37,542 nt of DNA from Polyangiales bacterium (GCA_045106895.1 JBGCFM010000150.1:1-37542), one strand, 5' to 3'. Numbered from the stretch's first letter, positions 18,296 to 27,995 are shown. Made by a program: numbers and translations. Notes: a model not told the origin generated them from the sequence alone.

Positions 18296-19921
18296 ATGGC
18301 GAAGGTGGAACTGGAGCTCTTTCGCGAACCTGCCGAAGAAGGCGAGGAACGCCCGGGCACCGGAAAAGCTCCCAAAGTTGTAGCGATTTCAGGGGCAAAA
18401 GGTGGCGTCGGGAAGACGCTCCTTGCCAGCAACCTCGCGGTCTACCTCGCGACTATCGGTCGGCGCGTTGTGATCGTCGACGCAGATTCCTCGGGCGCCA
18501 ACGCTCATGGCTTTCTTGGTGTTCCTCATCCCGCAGGGCTTGAGCCTTATGTCCCGCCGCTTCCGACGTTTCGGGATGAAGGCGAAGACAGCGACGCGTC
18601 TCCCCCGACGGCCGCTCCGCCGGACGCCGAAGCTGAAGCCGAAGAGGCGCAGGCGGATACCAAGACGCAGATGATCGACGTGGGCCTCTCCGGTCTGCGC
18701 CTGATGCACGCCGGCCTCGATGAGCCTCTTCAGGGGGTGCTGCGTCGGGAACGGCGCGCCGACCTGGGCGCAAAGATTCGCGAACTCGACGCCGACTTTG
18801 TCGTGTTGGACCTTGGCATCGGTCTGAGTCAGTCCCTCCTCGATGTTTGGCTCGATGCGGACCTTCGCTTGTTTGTGACGGTTCCCGAGCCCACCGCCGT
18901 CGAGGGTACCTTCCGTTTCGTTCGAGCCACCTTCTTCCGGATGCTCCAGCGGCGTTTGGAGAGCCAGGGGCGCCTCGGCGATCTGACGCTGCTCATGATG
19001 GGCGGGCCGCACCCGGCACCAACGGATCTGGTGAAGCGTCTCGAAGGCCATGCCTTGGCCGAGGAGGTTCAAGAGCTCATCGAAGATTTCGACTTCCGAT
19101 TCATCATGAACCAGGCCCGTGCGCGCTCGGACCTTGAGCTGGGCTCGGCGATGGCGAGTGCGGCGCGTCGACGCCTCGGCGTTCGACTCGGATACATGGG
19201 CTACATCGATTCCGACGATGCAGTCTTGAATAGCCTCCGCGCTGGCCGGCCACTCTTGGTGGAGAGTCCCGGTACGAAGGCGAGCCGGAATATTGAGAAG
19301 GTCGCGCGAACGCTTTTGGCTATCCATGCCGGCAAACGCGGAGCGAACTACGCGTCGGGGGCTCCGCGACACACGCACCACGACCTCCTTGAAGTGGACC
19401 GTGGCGCTACCGATGAAGAGGTACGCCGGGCGTACAAGCGTGCAAAAGAGATATACGCATCGGGCTCGCTTCCGACGATGGGACTCTTCGACCCCGCTGG
19501 TATTGAGCTGCTGCGGGCGCGACTCGAAGAAGCGCACGATGTCTTGCTCGACCCCGCCCGCCGCCGGCCCTACGAACTGTCTGTTTTCCCTGACGCCCAG
19601 GCTCAAGAGCTTCCGGACGAAGAAGAGCGTCTCATCAGTCGACCTCGGCCGCCTGCTCCGACAATCACGCCCGAGACGCACTTCACCGGCGCTCTGCTGC
19701 GCGCCGTTCGCGAGTCCCAGGGCGTCTCGCTGAAAGAAGTGAGCCGTCACACCAAGATCGGCCTCAACTACTTGAAGGCCATTGAAGACGACGACCACAA
19801 GGTGCTCCCGGCCCTCGTCTACGTCCGCGGCTTCGTCGCGGAGTTCGCGAAGTACCTAAGCCTCGACGCCAAACACGTCACGCGCACATATGTACGCCAG
19901 TACCGTCGAACGGAGGACTGA
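18296..19921 (+). CDS. MinD/FlhG-type ATPase fused to a J-like domain and a C-terminal RodZ-type HTH
   Basis: Deviant Walker A GAKGGVGKT, VDAD, VLDLG, VTVPEPTA; HDLLEV..GAT.EEVRRAYKR...EAHDVL.DP.RR..Y; GALLRAVRE..G.SL.EVS..TKI...YL.AIE...LP..VYVRGF. Confidence 0.88.
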   Translation: MAKVELELFREPAEEGEERPGTGKAPKVVAISGAKGGVGKTLLASNLAVYLATIGRRVVIVDADSSGANAHGFLGVPHPAGLEPYVPPLPTFRDEGEDSDASPPTAAPPDAEAEAEEAQADTKTQMIDVGLSGLRLMHAGLDEPLQGVLRRERRADLGAKIRELDADFVVLDLGIGLSQSLLDVWLDADLRLFVTVPEPTAVEGTFRFVRATFFRMLQRRLESQGRLGDLTLLMMGGPHPAPTDLVKRLEGHALAEEVQELIEDFDFRFIMNQARARSDLELGSAMASAARRRLGVRLGYMGYIDSDDAVLNSLRAGRPLLVESPGTKASRNIEKVARTLLAIHAGKRGANYASGAPRHTHHDLLEVDRGATDEEVRRAYKRAKEIYASGSLPTMGLFDPAGIELLRARLEEAHDVLLDPARRRPYELSVFPDAQAQELPDEEERLISRPRPPAPTITPETHFTGALLRAVRESQGVSLKEVSRHTKIGLNYLKAIEDDDHKVLPALVYVRGFVAEFAKYLSLDAKHVTRTYVRQYRRTED

Positions 19922-19924
19922 GAA

Positions 19925-20491
19925 GTGTTTACCCTCGCTTCCGCATCGCCGCGCCGCCGCGAGCTATTGGCGCAAGTCGGTCTCAAACCTCGTGTGGCGG
20001 TTTACGCTATCGACGAAACCCCAAATCCCGGAGAGGCTCCTGACGACTACGTGTCTAGGATGGCGAAGGAGAAGCTCCTAAAGGCACTCCAATCGGAAGC
20101 TGGGATCGTGCTGGCAGCGGACACCGTCGTCGTCCACAACTCGAAGGTCCTCGGTAAACCCAGAGACCAGTCCGACAACGCGGAGATGATCCGGCAACTG
20201 TCAGGGAAAACACACGCGGTTATTACCGCCGTCGCCGTTGGTGACCGAGAAGGGCACATCGTGCGCGCTGTACGAAGTGAGGTTCGCTTTGCGTCCTTGG
20301 ATGCGGCCACCATCCAAGGGTATGCGGCGACGGGCGAGGGCTTGGACAAGGCTGGCGGCTACGGCATTCAGGGAATCGCCGGTGGCTTTGTGGCTGGAAT
20401 CACCGGTAGCTACTCGGCGATCGTCGGGCTCCCCCTATTCGAAGCCGTCGAGATGCTGCGTTCGGCCGGAGCGCTTGCCGCGTGGCCCTAA
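19925..20491 (+). CDS. maf: Maf-family nucleoside triphosphate pyrophosphatase
   Basis: LASASPRRRELL, IDETP, LAADTVV, LGKP, DKAGGYGIQG, GSYSAIVGLP. Confidence 0.96.
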   Translation: MFTLASASPRRRELLAQVGLKPRVAVYAIDETPNPGEAPDDYVSRMAKEKLLKALQSEAGIVLAADTVVVHNSKVLGKPRDQSDNAEMIRQLSGKTHAVITAVAVGDREGHIVRAVRSEVRFASLDAATIQGYAATGEGLDKAGGYGIQGIAGGFVAGITGSYSAIVGLPLFEAVEMLRSAGALAAWP

Positions 20492-21144
20492 GCGTTGGAG
20501 CGCGCCTCGAGGTGGTTCGCGCTGAAATCCTCGAAGCGGCCACGGCGGCTGGGCGGTCGCATGAGAGCGTTCAACTCGTTGCGGTATCAAAGCGACACCC
20601 CATCTCCTCCATTGAAGCTGCCTACGAAGCGGGTCAGCGGGTCTTCGGCGAGTCCTACGCAGACGAACTCGTCGCGAAAGTCAGCGCTACGCGTCATCTT
20701 GAAGGGATTCGTTTTCGCTTCATCGGCCACCTTCAGCGCAACAAAGCGGCGAGGGTGGTCGCGCATGCGTGCGCCGTCGATTCGGTGAGCTCGCTGCGGC
20801 TCCTCCGCGCGCTTGGCCGGCACGCCACGCAAAGACTGGAGGTCTTGCTGCAGGTCCAAGTCATCGAGGAAGCGACCAAGAGTGGCGCGCCGATCAACGA
20901 ACTTGAGGGCCTCGTCGAGGCGGCTCAGCACGAAGGTACGCTGCACCTCGCCGGTCTAATGACCCTGCCGCCACAAGACCCTGTCCAGGCCAAACGTGCG
21001 TTCACGGAGCTTGCACGAGCAGCTTCCTCTCACAGCCTTAGGACTCTCTCGATGGGTATGAGCTCGGACCTCCGCCTCGCGATCGAGTGTGGCTCGACAC
21101 AGGTTCGCGTCGGTACGGCGATCTTTGGCCCTCGTCCGGCCTAG
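20482..21144 (+). CDS. yggS: YggS-family PLP homeostasis protein
   Basis: LVAVSK, FGESY..E, FIGHLQRNK, KSG, GLMTLP, LSMGMSSD..AIECGSTQVRVGTAIFG. Confidence 0.95.
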   Translation: MALSVGARLEVVRAEILEAATAAGRSHESVQLVAVSKRHPISSIEAAYEAGQRVFGESYADELVAKVSATRHLEGIRFRFIGHLQRNKAARVVAHACAVDSVSSLRLLRALGRHATQRLEVLLQVQVIEEATKSGAPINELEGLVEAAQHEGTLHLAGLMTLPPQDPVQAKRAFTELARAASSHSLRTLSMGMSSDLRLAIECGSTQVRVGTAIFGPRPA

Positions 21145-21184
21145 TTGGTCCCCAACTCGTGGGCTCGTGAGTGCGCGGGATTAA

Positions 21185-21220
21185 ACGAAAAACGCCTGCC
21201 GGTGAGGGCAGGCGTTTCGT
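21185..21220. terminator. Intrinsic terminator between convergent yggS and the barrel operon
   Basis: AAACGCCTGCC-GGTGAG-GGCAGGCGTTT hairpin; U-rich tail strongest on the minus strand. Confidence 0.8.
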
Positions 21221-21237
21221 GTCCATGACAGGTGCGT

Positions 21238-22119
21238 TCAGTCCGTGATTTCCGGAGCCGTTGGCAGGTAGACCACGATACCGACGGTGAACAAGTGGTT
21301 CAGTCGGAAGAAGCGGTCATCGGAGTTGATAGTACCATCCCCGAAGTCGGTCCCGTCACGGGAGTTCGAGTCATCCCATCCGGAAGCATTCCAGGAGAAG
21401 GGCATGCCGCGCCAGTTCAGGTTCAGGCCGATGAAGTCGTTGAAGTACATCGACAGGCCGACACCGAACGTGGCAGCCGCGGTGACTCGGGATGAGCGTG
21501 CGAGCTGGCTCGCGCTGTAGCAGCCAAGGCTCGCGCCTCCTGCACAGCCGCCCATCGTGTTCGCCGCGTTGCTCGTGTCAGAACGCTCTTCTAGGCCAAC
21601 AACTGCCGCACCCACGAAGAGGTAGAGGTCGGTGTCTACGAAGAGCTTCTCGAAGATGGCGAGCTTGCCGCGAAGAGGGCTGAACTCAAGCTGCAAGGCG
21701 GCCATCCACTGAATGCGACCGATCTGCTCGGAGAACTGGTCCCGGTTCGCCAAGGAGAGCCGGTTTCGGTCGGTGGTGATGCCGCCGTCGACAATCTCGT
21801 CCGTGAGACCGGTGTCGAGGTTCGCCACGGAGTAACCACCCCAGAGGCCGATGCCGAGCCAGTCGGTGAAGTAGTAACCAAGGTGAAGGCCGGCCACCAT
21901 CGGACGGGAGTACTCGCTCTGAAGCCCGAACGAGAAGTTCGGCTCGAGCTGAAAGCGACCGGCGCGGTAAAGGCGCATGTTGCGGACAGCAGGCTGATTC
22001 GCGAGAGGACCAGTCACCTGTACTTCTTGAGCACTGGCCTGGGTTGCGGTGAACGTGTTCACCGCAGCAAGAGAGAGAGCAACTAAAAGGAGCCGCATGG
22101 ATAGAAATCGCATCTTCAT
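21238..22119 (-). CDS. Outer-membrane beta-barrel protein, Glt (GltA/GltB/GltH-like) type
   Basis: Signal peptide; RLYRAGRFQLEP, YYFTDWLGIG.WG, FSPLRGKLAIF, D.YLFVG, FGVG.SMY, as seen in myxobacterial Glt barrels; exact paralog not assigned. Confidence 0.8.
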   Translation of the reverse strand: MKMRFLSMRLLLVALSLAAVNTFTATQASAQEVQVTGPLANQPAVRNMRLYRAGRFQLEPNFSFGLQSEYSRPMVAGLHLGYYFTDWLGIGLWGGYSVANLDTGLTDEIVDGGITTDRNRLSLANRDQFSEQIGRIQWMAALQLEFSPLRGKLAIFEKLFVDTDLYLFVGAAVVGLEERSDTSNAANTMGGCAGGASLGCYSASQLARSSRVTAAATFGVGLSMYFNDFIGLNLNWRGMPFSWNASGWDDSNSRDGTDFGDGTINSDDRFFRLNHLFTVGIVVYLPTAPEITD

Positions 22120-22127
22120 CTCAAACT

Positions 22128-23132
22128 CTACTTAGGAAGACGGTAGTCGAAGGTGAACGGGAAGAAGAGCGTGAAGCCAATCTGCGTCGTGATGTTGTTC
22201 GTGAACGCGGTGCTGTCGGCGAACCAAGTGGCTGGGTCATTTCGCAGCGTTGGGTCCGGGGACACTTCCAAGTTCTCGAAGCGCTCAAGGTACGCGTAGT
22301 CGCGGAACTCAAGCGTGATGCCGAGGTATCGAGTCACGAAGATTCGCAGACCAATACCGAGGTTGAAGGCGACTCGGTTACCGAAGTCGAAGCTTCGGAA
22401 CTCAGGGTCGATGACCGGAACCGGCCGTGTGCGCATCAGGCCGACACCACCGACGATGTACGCGTCCCACTGGAAGATGAACTTCCGGAAGACCGAGAAC
22501 TTTCCGTAGAAAGGCACGTACGTGAAGTTGAGGTATGCGCCCATCTGCCACTGCGTGATTGGAATGCCAAGACGGGTGTTTCGACGCACGAAGAAGTTCA
22601 GGTCCGACTCATTCAACTCGTCGTTCCACTGGTACCAGAGGCCGCTCACGCCAACGGCGAGAACGTTGGTGAACCAGTAGTTCAACGCCAGCGAGAACGC
22701 TGGGTGAGAGACGTAGGGGTCGTTCATCGTGAACGCGCCCGATGGCGACAGCTCAAGGCGATTGAGACGAAGTGCGTAAATACGCTGCACCGCGTAGACC
22801 TCTTCGACCGTCTCGTTGGTACGGGGAGCGGCCTCTCGGCTCACATCCGTCGTATCCTCGGCCGTTGCGATGTCACCGATGATGTCGCCACTGCCGACAT
22901 CTTCGTCGGAGAAATCGGCGGAGCCATCACCTTCTTCGGGGACCGCATCTGGGTCCGCGCCGAAGTCCATGCCTCCTTCGTCTCCGCCTTCAGCAGGTTC
23001 AGAAGAAGCTTCATCTTCTTCATCCAGGCTGAAGTCCATTTGAGCACCCACCGCGGACGGCATCGTCCAGGACAGTGTCAGTGCGGCCAGCGCGATTATC
23101 CATGCTGGCCAACTACCGTTTGTTTGCCTCAT
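22128..23132 (-). CDS. Outer-membrane beta-barrel protein, Glt (GltA/GltB/GltH-like) type, with acidic N-terminal extension
   Basis: Signal peptide, acidic linker, VYAVQR....R.ELSP....NDPY, YVPFYGKFS.F, D.YIVGGVG, NLGIG.RIF, LEFRDY; start placed at MRQTN. Confidence 0.82.
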   Translation of the reverse strand: MRQTNGSWPAWIIALAALTLSWTMPSAVGAQMDFSLDEEDEASSEPAEGGDEGGMDFGADPDAVPEEGDGSADFSDEDVGSGDIIGDIATAEDTTDVSREAAPRTNETVEEVYAVQRIYALRLNRLELSPSGAFTMNDPYVSHPAFSLALNYWFTNVLAVGVSGLWYQWNDELNESDLNFFVRRNTRLGIPITQWQMGAYLNFTYVPFYGKFSVFRKFIFQWDAYIVGGVGLMRTRPVPVIDPEFRSFDFGNRVAFNLGIGLRIFVTRYLGITLEFRDYAYLERFENLEVSPDPTLRNDPATWFADSTAFTNNITTQIGFTLFFPFTFDYRLPK

Positions 23133-23300
23133 CTCGACCCTTCCACCTCTCTCAACAGAGCTCCTGGAGAACGCATTCGAAGCCAGGACGCTTCGGGTGA
23201 CCATATTTTCCAAACTAGACTTCACGCGACGCATTTTTGCGAAACGTTGCAAGCCATCGGAATCATTTGAAAAAATGCTCATACCAAGGGAATCCGCGCG

Positions 23301-23330
23301 ACTATATCACTAACACTCGCGGCGATTCAA
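23301..23330 (-). promoter_or_regulatory. Putative sigma70 promoter for the barrel pair
   Basis: Minus strand TTGAAT-18 bp-TATAGT with extended -10 TGn. Confidence 0.5.
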
Positions 23331-23335
23331 CAGGA

Positions 23336-24640
23336 TCAGTCCCCGAGTTCCCCTTCTTCGGGGGGAGCGAACAAAGCGTCCGCAAAAGCACGGGGTTCAA
23401 ACTCCTTCAAGTCCTCCACTCGCTCACCGATTCCGATGTAGCGAACAGGGATTCCATGGGAGTCGACGATGCCCATAATCACGCCACCTTTGGCGGTGCC
23501 GTCGAGCTTGGTCAGAACCAATCCCGAGATCGGCAGGGCTTCTTTGAAGAGTGCCGTCTGCTGTACAGCGTTCTGACCGGTCGTGGAGTCGACCACGAGG
23601 AGGACCTCGTCTGCGGGCCGTCCAAGCGCCTTCTCGGCGGTGCGTCCGACCTTCTGGAGCTCTTCCATCAGGGGGGCCTTGGTGTGGAGGCGACCGGCGG
23701 TGTCAGCGATGATTACATCCGCGCCCATCTCCATACCCTTCTTCACCGCGTCGAAGATCACCGAGCCGGGATCAGCCCGCTCTTTGCCCTTCACAACTTC
23801 GCATCCGACGCGGCGACCCCACACCTGAAGCTGGAGCACCGCAGCGGCGCGGAATGTGTCGCCGGCGGCGAGTAGGACGGTCTTGCCCTCGTCCTTGAGA
23901 CGGCTCGCAAGCTTGCCGATCGTCGTCGTCTTTCCCACTCCGTTGACGCCGATGACCAGGATCACCGTGGGCGTCTTCTGAAACGTGAGGCCGCCGCTTC
24001 CAGGCTTGGATAGCAGCTCGTACGCGTGTTCGCGGAGGGCGGCCCAGGCAGCTTCGCCATCCTTGATGGTGCCTGCTTCCATCGCGCCGCGGAGTCGCCC
24101 AAGGATCTTCTCCGTGGCTTGGACACCGATGTCGGCCGTGATCAGCAACTCCTCCATCTCTTCGAGAAGAGACGGATCGATGGCTTTTTTCGAGCTGAAC
24201 AACGACGCGAGACGAGCAATGAAGCCTCCGCGTCGTGTCGTACCGAGCCCATCACGCAGCGCCGCAACCTCTTCGGCCGTGGCCCGTCGGCTTGGTGCGC
24301 TGACCTCGACGGCCTCATGTGCTTTCAGCGGCGCCGCGGGTTCCTCAGCGGGTTCCGTGGATTCTTCAGCCGGCTCTTCGGCGGAGGGCTCCGCCGCGGG
24401 CTCTTCCGCTGGCGTGTGCGCGGCGGCGGGCGCTTCTTGGGCAGCCTCGGGTGGCGCGACCTTCGCCACCTCTTTGGCGGCTACCTCTTTGGCGGCCTGC
24501 TCTGCGACGGAGTCGAGTTCGTGCTCCTCGCCCTTCGGCAGCTCTCGGCTGGGACTGGTGTCGGAAGCGCCGGAACGACGCATGAAGAAGAAGCCGCCGA
24601 TGAGCACGGCCACAACGCTGAGAATGATGACGATGGTCAT
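23336..24640 (-). CDS. ftsY: Signal recognition particle receptor FtsY
   Basis: GVNGVGKTTTIGKLA, DTFRAAA, DTAGRL, TTGQN, TKLDGTAKGG, IGIGE..EDL; N-terminal TM and acidic linker. Confidence 0.97.
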   Translation of the reverse strand: MTIVIILSVVAVLIGGFFFMRRSGASDTSPSRELPKGEEHELDSVAEQAAKEVAAKEVAKVAPPEAAQEAPAAAHTPAEEPAAEPSAEEPAEESTEPAEEPAAPLKAHEAVEVSAPSRRATAEEVAALRDGLGTTRRGGFIARLASLFSSKKAIDPSLLEEMEELLITADIGVQATEKILGRLRGAMEAGTIKDGEAAWAALREHAYELLSKPGSGGLTFQKTPTVILVIGVNGVGKTTTIGKLASRLKDEGKTVLLAAGDTFRAAAVLQLQVWGRRVGCEVVKGKERADPGSVIFDAVKKGMEMGADVIIADTAGRLHTKAPLMEELQKVGRTAEKALGRPADEVLLVVDSTTGQNAVQQTALFKEALPISGLVLTKLDGTAKGGVIMGIVDSHGIPVRYIGIGERVEDLKEFEPRAFADALFAPPEEGELGD

Positions 24641-24702
24641 GGTTTGAAACCCCAGCGATCTGCCCGCGGGGGGCCGACTATAGTGAGCGGCGTGTCATAT
24701 CG

Positions 24703-26253
24703 TCAACGCGTGCGATCATCCGGACCGACGATCTGTGCCGCTTTTTCTTCGAGAGCCCCAATTGCGGCTCCATCTCGCTCGCCTGCGCCATAGGCGATCG
24801 CCTCAACATCGGATGCGATCTCAGCGATTTCGGGCTCTCGTCGGAGCTGATGAACGGTTGTCGAAGTGAGATCTCGACGGCCCAGTACGCCTCTCGCTGC
24901 GCGCCGGAGCACTCGAACGGCTCGGTGGCGCCAGTTTTCCAGGCGAACACTCATGTTCTCGAATCGTCCGTCGTGCGGCGAGCGGAGATCCAAGATCTCA
25001 GGAGCGTGACCCGGCGACCCGAACACCAAGCGCCAGCTGCCGGCTGCCAGTTCGAAAGAGAAACTACCATCCTGGGCGATCTCAAACTCTTGGGCGTCGC
25101 CGTCTGCTGGGACGGCGCGGACATGGCCGGGCTTTGAGCTGCCATCGATGAGGTCCTTCAGGCGACCACTGACCTGCCGGGTCCTCGTCGTCTTTGCGGG
25201 AATCTGCAAGGAGACCCCACGCACCACGGGTTCAAGGAGCGCAGGGCTTGGTTCGGGCCGGGAACGGCGGAGCCACAGCGCGAAGAGCGCGAAGAGCGCG
25301 AACGGAAGGATGAACCAAAGCTCCGCGGCCCAGTCTCCGCCGACGACGATCTCGAGGGTCTCCGACTCCGTCGAAGGATGCCCCACTTGGTCGGACTCGA
25401 AACGCACATACAATGTGTGCGCGCCTGGTTCGAGGAGCGTTTCCCACTCAAACGTTCCTTCGCCGTCGCTCAAGAGCGTGTCAACTCGCTCATTGTCGAC
25501 AAAGACGGTCAGTGCGCGCCGGCGGAGAGGGCCGGCGCTATCCTCCATTCGTCCACGAATCATCAGCGTTGAACTCGCCGCGGCGTCGACTCGTTCGAGG
25601 GCGATCACGGGCTGTCGAAAGCGCACGACCCTGACTTCACTGTCCGCAAAAACTCGCTCTGCCTCGTCTTGAAGCACAACCTTAAATGCACCTGCACCGG
25701 TGGGGCCCAGTTCTGGACTCGCAATCGTCCACGTCGCTGTCGGCCCTGCGCTGCTTCTACCCAACAGGTGTCCAAGCTCGTTGCGTAGTACGAGTTCTTG
25801 TTCACTGCTCTCAGGTCCGGAGACCTCCACGACGATGGTGTGTGTGGTTTCATCGAGGTTGAACGAGCGCTCTTCACTCCGAAAACGAACAGTCGTGGGC
25901 GCGCGCTCTAAACGACGGGTGGCGCTCGAACGCTCGAAGTGCCCATCACCGTCAAAGGTCGCGTCGACGTCGAGGGGAAGCGCTCGCGAGGGGGTAATCT
26001 CGAAAGCACCTTCCCCGTCCGTCGTCACGACGACTCGCTGGCGCACCCCATCTTTGGAGAGAACGACGGTGAGCCTTTGGCTTGGCAGTCCACTCGCAAC
26101 GTCGTCGAGGAGCGACCCCACGACCCGACCATCCACGACTCGAAGATCGATACGTGTTTCGGCGCGAACCCTCAGTAGAGGTTGGGCGTTGGCCGCGGCG
26201 GAGCCGATGCTGATGGCCCAGGCCGCGACGCAGCAGCGTATCCACGGTTTCAC
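24703..26253 (-). CDS. Hypothetical exported single-TM protein with Ig-like beta-sandwich modules
   Basis: Signal peptide, TTDGEGAF / SDGEGTF Ig-like motifs, TM LWFILPFALFALFALWL, cytoplasmic tail. Confidence 0.65.
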   Translation of the reverse strand: MKPWIRCCVAAWAISIGSAAANAQPLLRVRAETRIDLRVVDGRVVGSLLDDVASGLPSQRLTVVLSKDGVRQRVVVTTDGEGAFEITPSRALPLDVDATFDGDGHFERSSATRRLERAPTTVRFRSEERSFNLDETTHTIVVEVSGPESSEQELVLRNELGHLLGRSSAGPTATWTIASPELGPTGAGAFKVVLQDEAERVFADSEVRVVRFRQPVIALERVDAAASSTLMIRGRMEDSAGPLRRRALTVFVDNERVDTLLSDGEGTFEWETLLEPGAHTLYVRFESDQVGHPSTESETLEIVVGGDWAAELWFILPFALFALFALWLRRSRPEPSPALLEPVVRGVSLQIPAKTTRTRQVSGRLKDLIDGSSKPGHVRAVPADGDAQEFEIAQDGSFSFELAAGSWRLVFGSPGHAPEILDLRSPHDGRFENMSVRLENWRHRAVRVLRRAARGVLGRRDLTSTTVHQLRREPEIAEIASDVEAIAYGAGERDGAAIGALEEKAAQIVGPDDRTR

Positions 26254-26427
26254 TCAACGAGAGTGGGTAATGAGGGGAGGGGGGTCAATGTTGTTGGGCA
26301 AATGGCCGTTGCTTTTTAACGTGAAGAACGGCGACAATGGGGGGAGTTTTCCCGTCGCGTCATGCACGCGACCAACTCTCTACCTCCCCGTGTGAACAAC
26401 TCCTCGCGCCGACCGTCTGTAGCTATC

Positions 26428-27252
26428 GTGAAGCATCGCCAACGAAAAACGCTCCGCATCTTTGGGGTGTTCCTTGCGTGGATGGTTTTCGTCTCCCCGG
26501 CGTTCGCCCAACGCACGGGTTACTTGGTTCGAATGCTCCAGACCTCGGACACATTCCGTGTGCGTGTTCAGGCCGCCATCTCGCTCGGTCGTCTCGATGC
26601 GAACGCTGAGATCGTCCAGGGACTGACGGCTGGACTCCAAGATCCCCATCCAGGTGTGCGAACTGCGTGCGCTGCGTCACTTGAACGGCTCGGTGACCCA
26701 GCCGGGCTGTCCGCGCTTCAAGCGGTTCGACGGGACACGGACCGTGGCGCGCGACGGGCTATTCGAAGCGCGATCCGGACCCTTGAACGAGCTGCTCGGG
26801 CGGCTCCGCCGGAGACTTCGACCCCGTCCGCTGCGGCGCGCTTCTACGTTGGCGTGGGCGCTCCAGGAAACCAGGCGTCTGTCGATAGAGGCACCTTGCG
26901 GGCTGCCACCGAGTTTCTACGTGCCCAAGTTCAGGGGCTCGATGGTGTCGAGCTCGCGCCAGAGCGCGAGAGTCGCTCAGCGGCACAGCGCGTGCTTCGG
27001 CAACGCCGCCTCGCAGGTTTCTACGTCGACTCTTCCATCGTGCGCATTGAAAACGCAGACGGAGGAACACGAGCCGTGGTTTCCGTTATCGTAAATACGT
27101 ACCCCGGTCGCGACATGCGAGCGATCCTCAACGGGGCCGCCACCGTACGTGGGGCGTCGGGCAACGACGCAACCCGCACTGCTGTACAAGCGGCGCTTCG
27201 CTCGGCGCTCCGACGCCTAGTCCAGGCGATGGAGGCCTCGGCAAACCGTTAG
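26428..27252 (+). CDS. Exported HEAT-repeat protein
   Basis: Signal peptide ending AFA; RVRVQAAISLG, LQDPHPGVRTACAASLERLGDP HEAT repeats; start uncertain. Confidence 0.75.
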   Translation: MKHRQRKTLRIFGVFLAWMVFVSPAFAQRTGYLVRMLQTSDTFRVRVQAAISLGRLDANAEIVQGLTAGLQDPHPGVRTACAASLERLGDPAGLSALQAVRRDTDRGARRAIRSAIRTLERAARAAPPETSTPSAAARFYVGVGAPGNQASVDRGTLRAATEFLRAQVQGLDGVELAPERESRSAAQRVLRQRRLAGFYVDSSIVRIENADGGTRAVVSVIVNTYPGRDMRAILNGAATVRGASGNDATRTAVQAALRSALRRLVQAMEASANR

Positions 27253-27317
27253 GGCCGGAAAATTGCGCCGAAGCGGCGGGACACACTAAGGTAGAGGCTG
27301 GGGAGCGAAAGATTACG

Positions 27318-27932
27318 ATGGCCGAGGGTAGTGCAGCACAGTCTGGAAAGAAGAAGCCGGTAAAACGGCGACTGCGAAATTATCTCCTCGATACGCGGTT
27401 TCAGTTGAAATACACCGGTATGGTCGTCGTCATCACGATGATCGTCGCGGCGGTTCTCGGCTATTTCGCCTACGATTTCTCCAAGGGTCAGACCGAGTCG
27501 ATGACTTTGAGCATCGCGATGGCGCCGGAGATGAACCCGGCCGCGGCTGCGGACTTGGAAGCCTACGCGGAGGCAGAGGACCAGAAGGTCCTCGCCGGCA
27601 TCATCGGCGGAATCCTAGTGCTCGTGTTTGTTCTTGGAGTGACGGGGATCATCGTCACTCACAAGGTTGTGGGTCCTGCCTACAAGCTCCGCCTTTTGCT
27701 CAACGAGGTCGCCGACGGACACTTGAAGTTGGTGGGCCGACTGCGAAAGGGGGATGAGCTCCAGGAGCTCTTCGAGTCCTTTGCGAATATGGTTGAAAAG
27801 CTCCGCGAAGCTCAAGCGAGTGAAGTGAAGGAGCTTGAGGGCGCCATTGAGCAGCTTCGAGCAGACCAATCAGGCGAGGCGATCGAGCACCTGTCCGAAG
27901 TCGTCGCCCGAATGAAGGCCACCCTCGACTGA
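27318..27932 (+). CDS. Two-TM HAMP-domain protein without an output domain
   Basis: RRLRNYLLD.RFQLKY, two TM helices, THKVVGP...VADG.L...LRKGDELQEL..SF..MV HAMP, short coiled coil. Confidence 0.8.
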   Translation: MAEGSAAQSGKKKPVKRRLRNYLLDTRFQLKYTGMVVVITMIVAAVLGYFAYDFSKGQTESMTLSIAMAPEMNPAAAADLEAYAEAEDQKVLAGIIGGILVLVFVLGVTGIIVTHKVVGPAYKLRLLLNEVADGHLKLVGRLRKGDELQELFESFANMVEKLREAQASEVKELEGAIEQLRADQSGEAIEHLSEVVARMKATLD

Positions 27933-27995
27933 TTGTGTGTGGGCCCGGTAACCGGCTCATCTTCCAGATCGGCTGCTTGCTGCCGCTAACTACCG

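Noticed and set aside
18389..19798. 469-aa minus-strand ORF
   Set aside because: Antisense to the MinD-J-HTH gene, with no motifs of its own.
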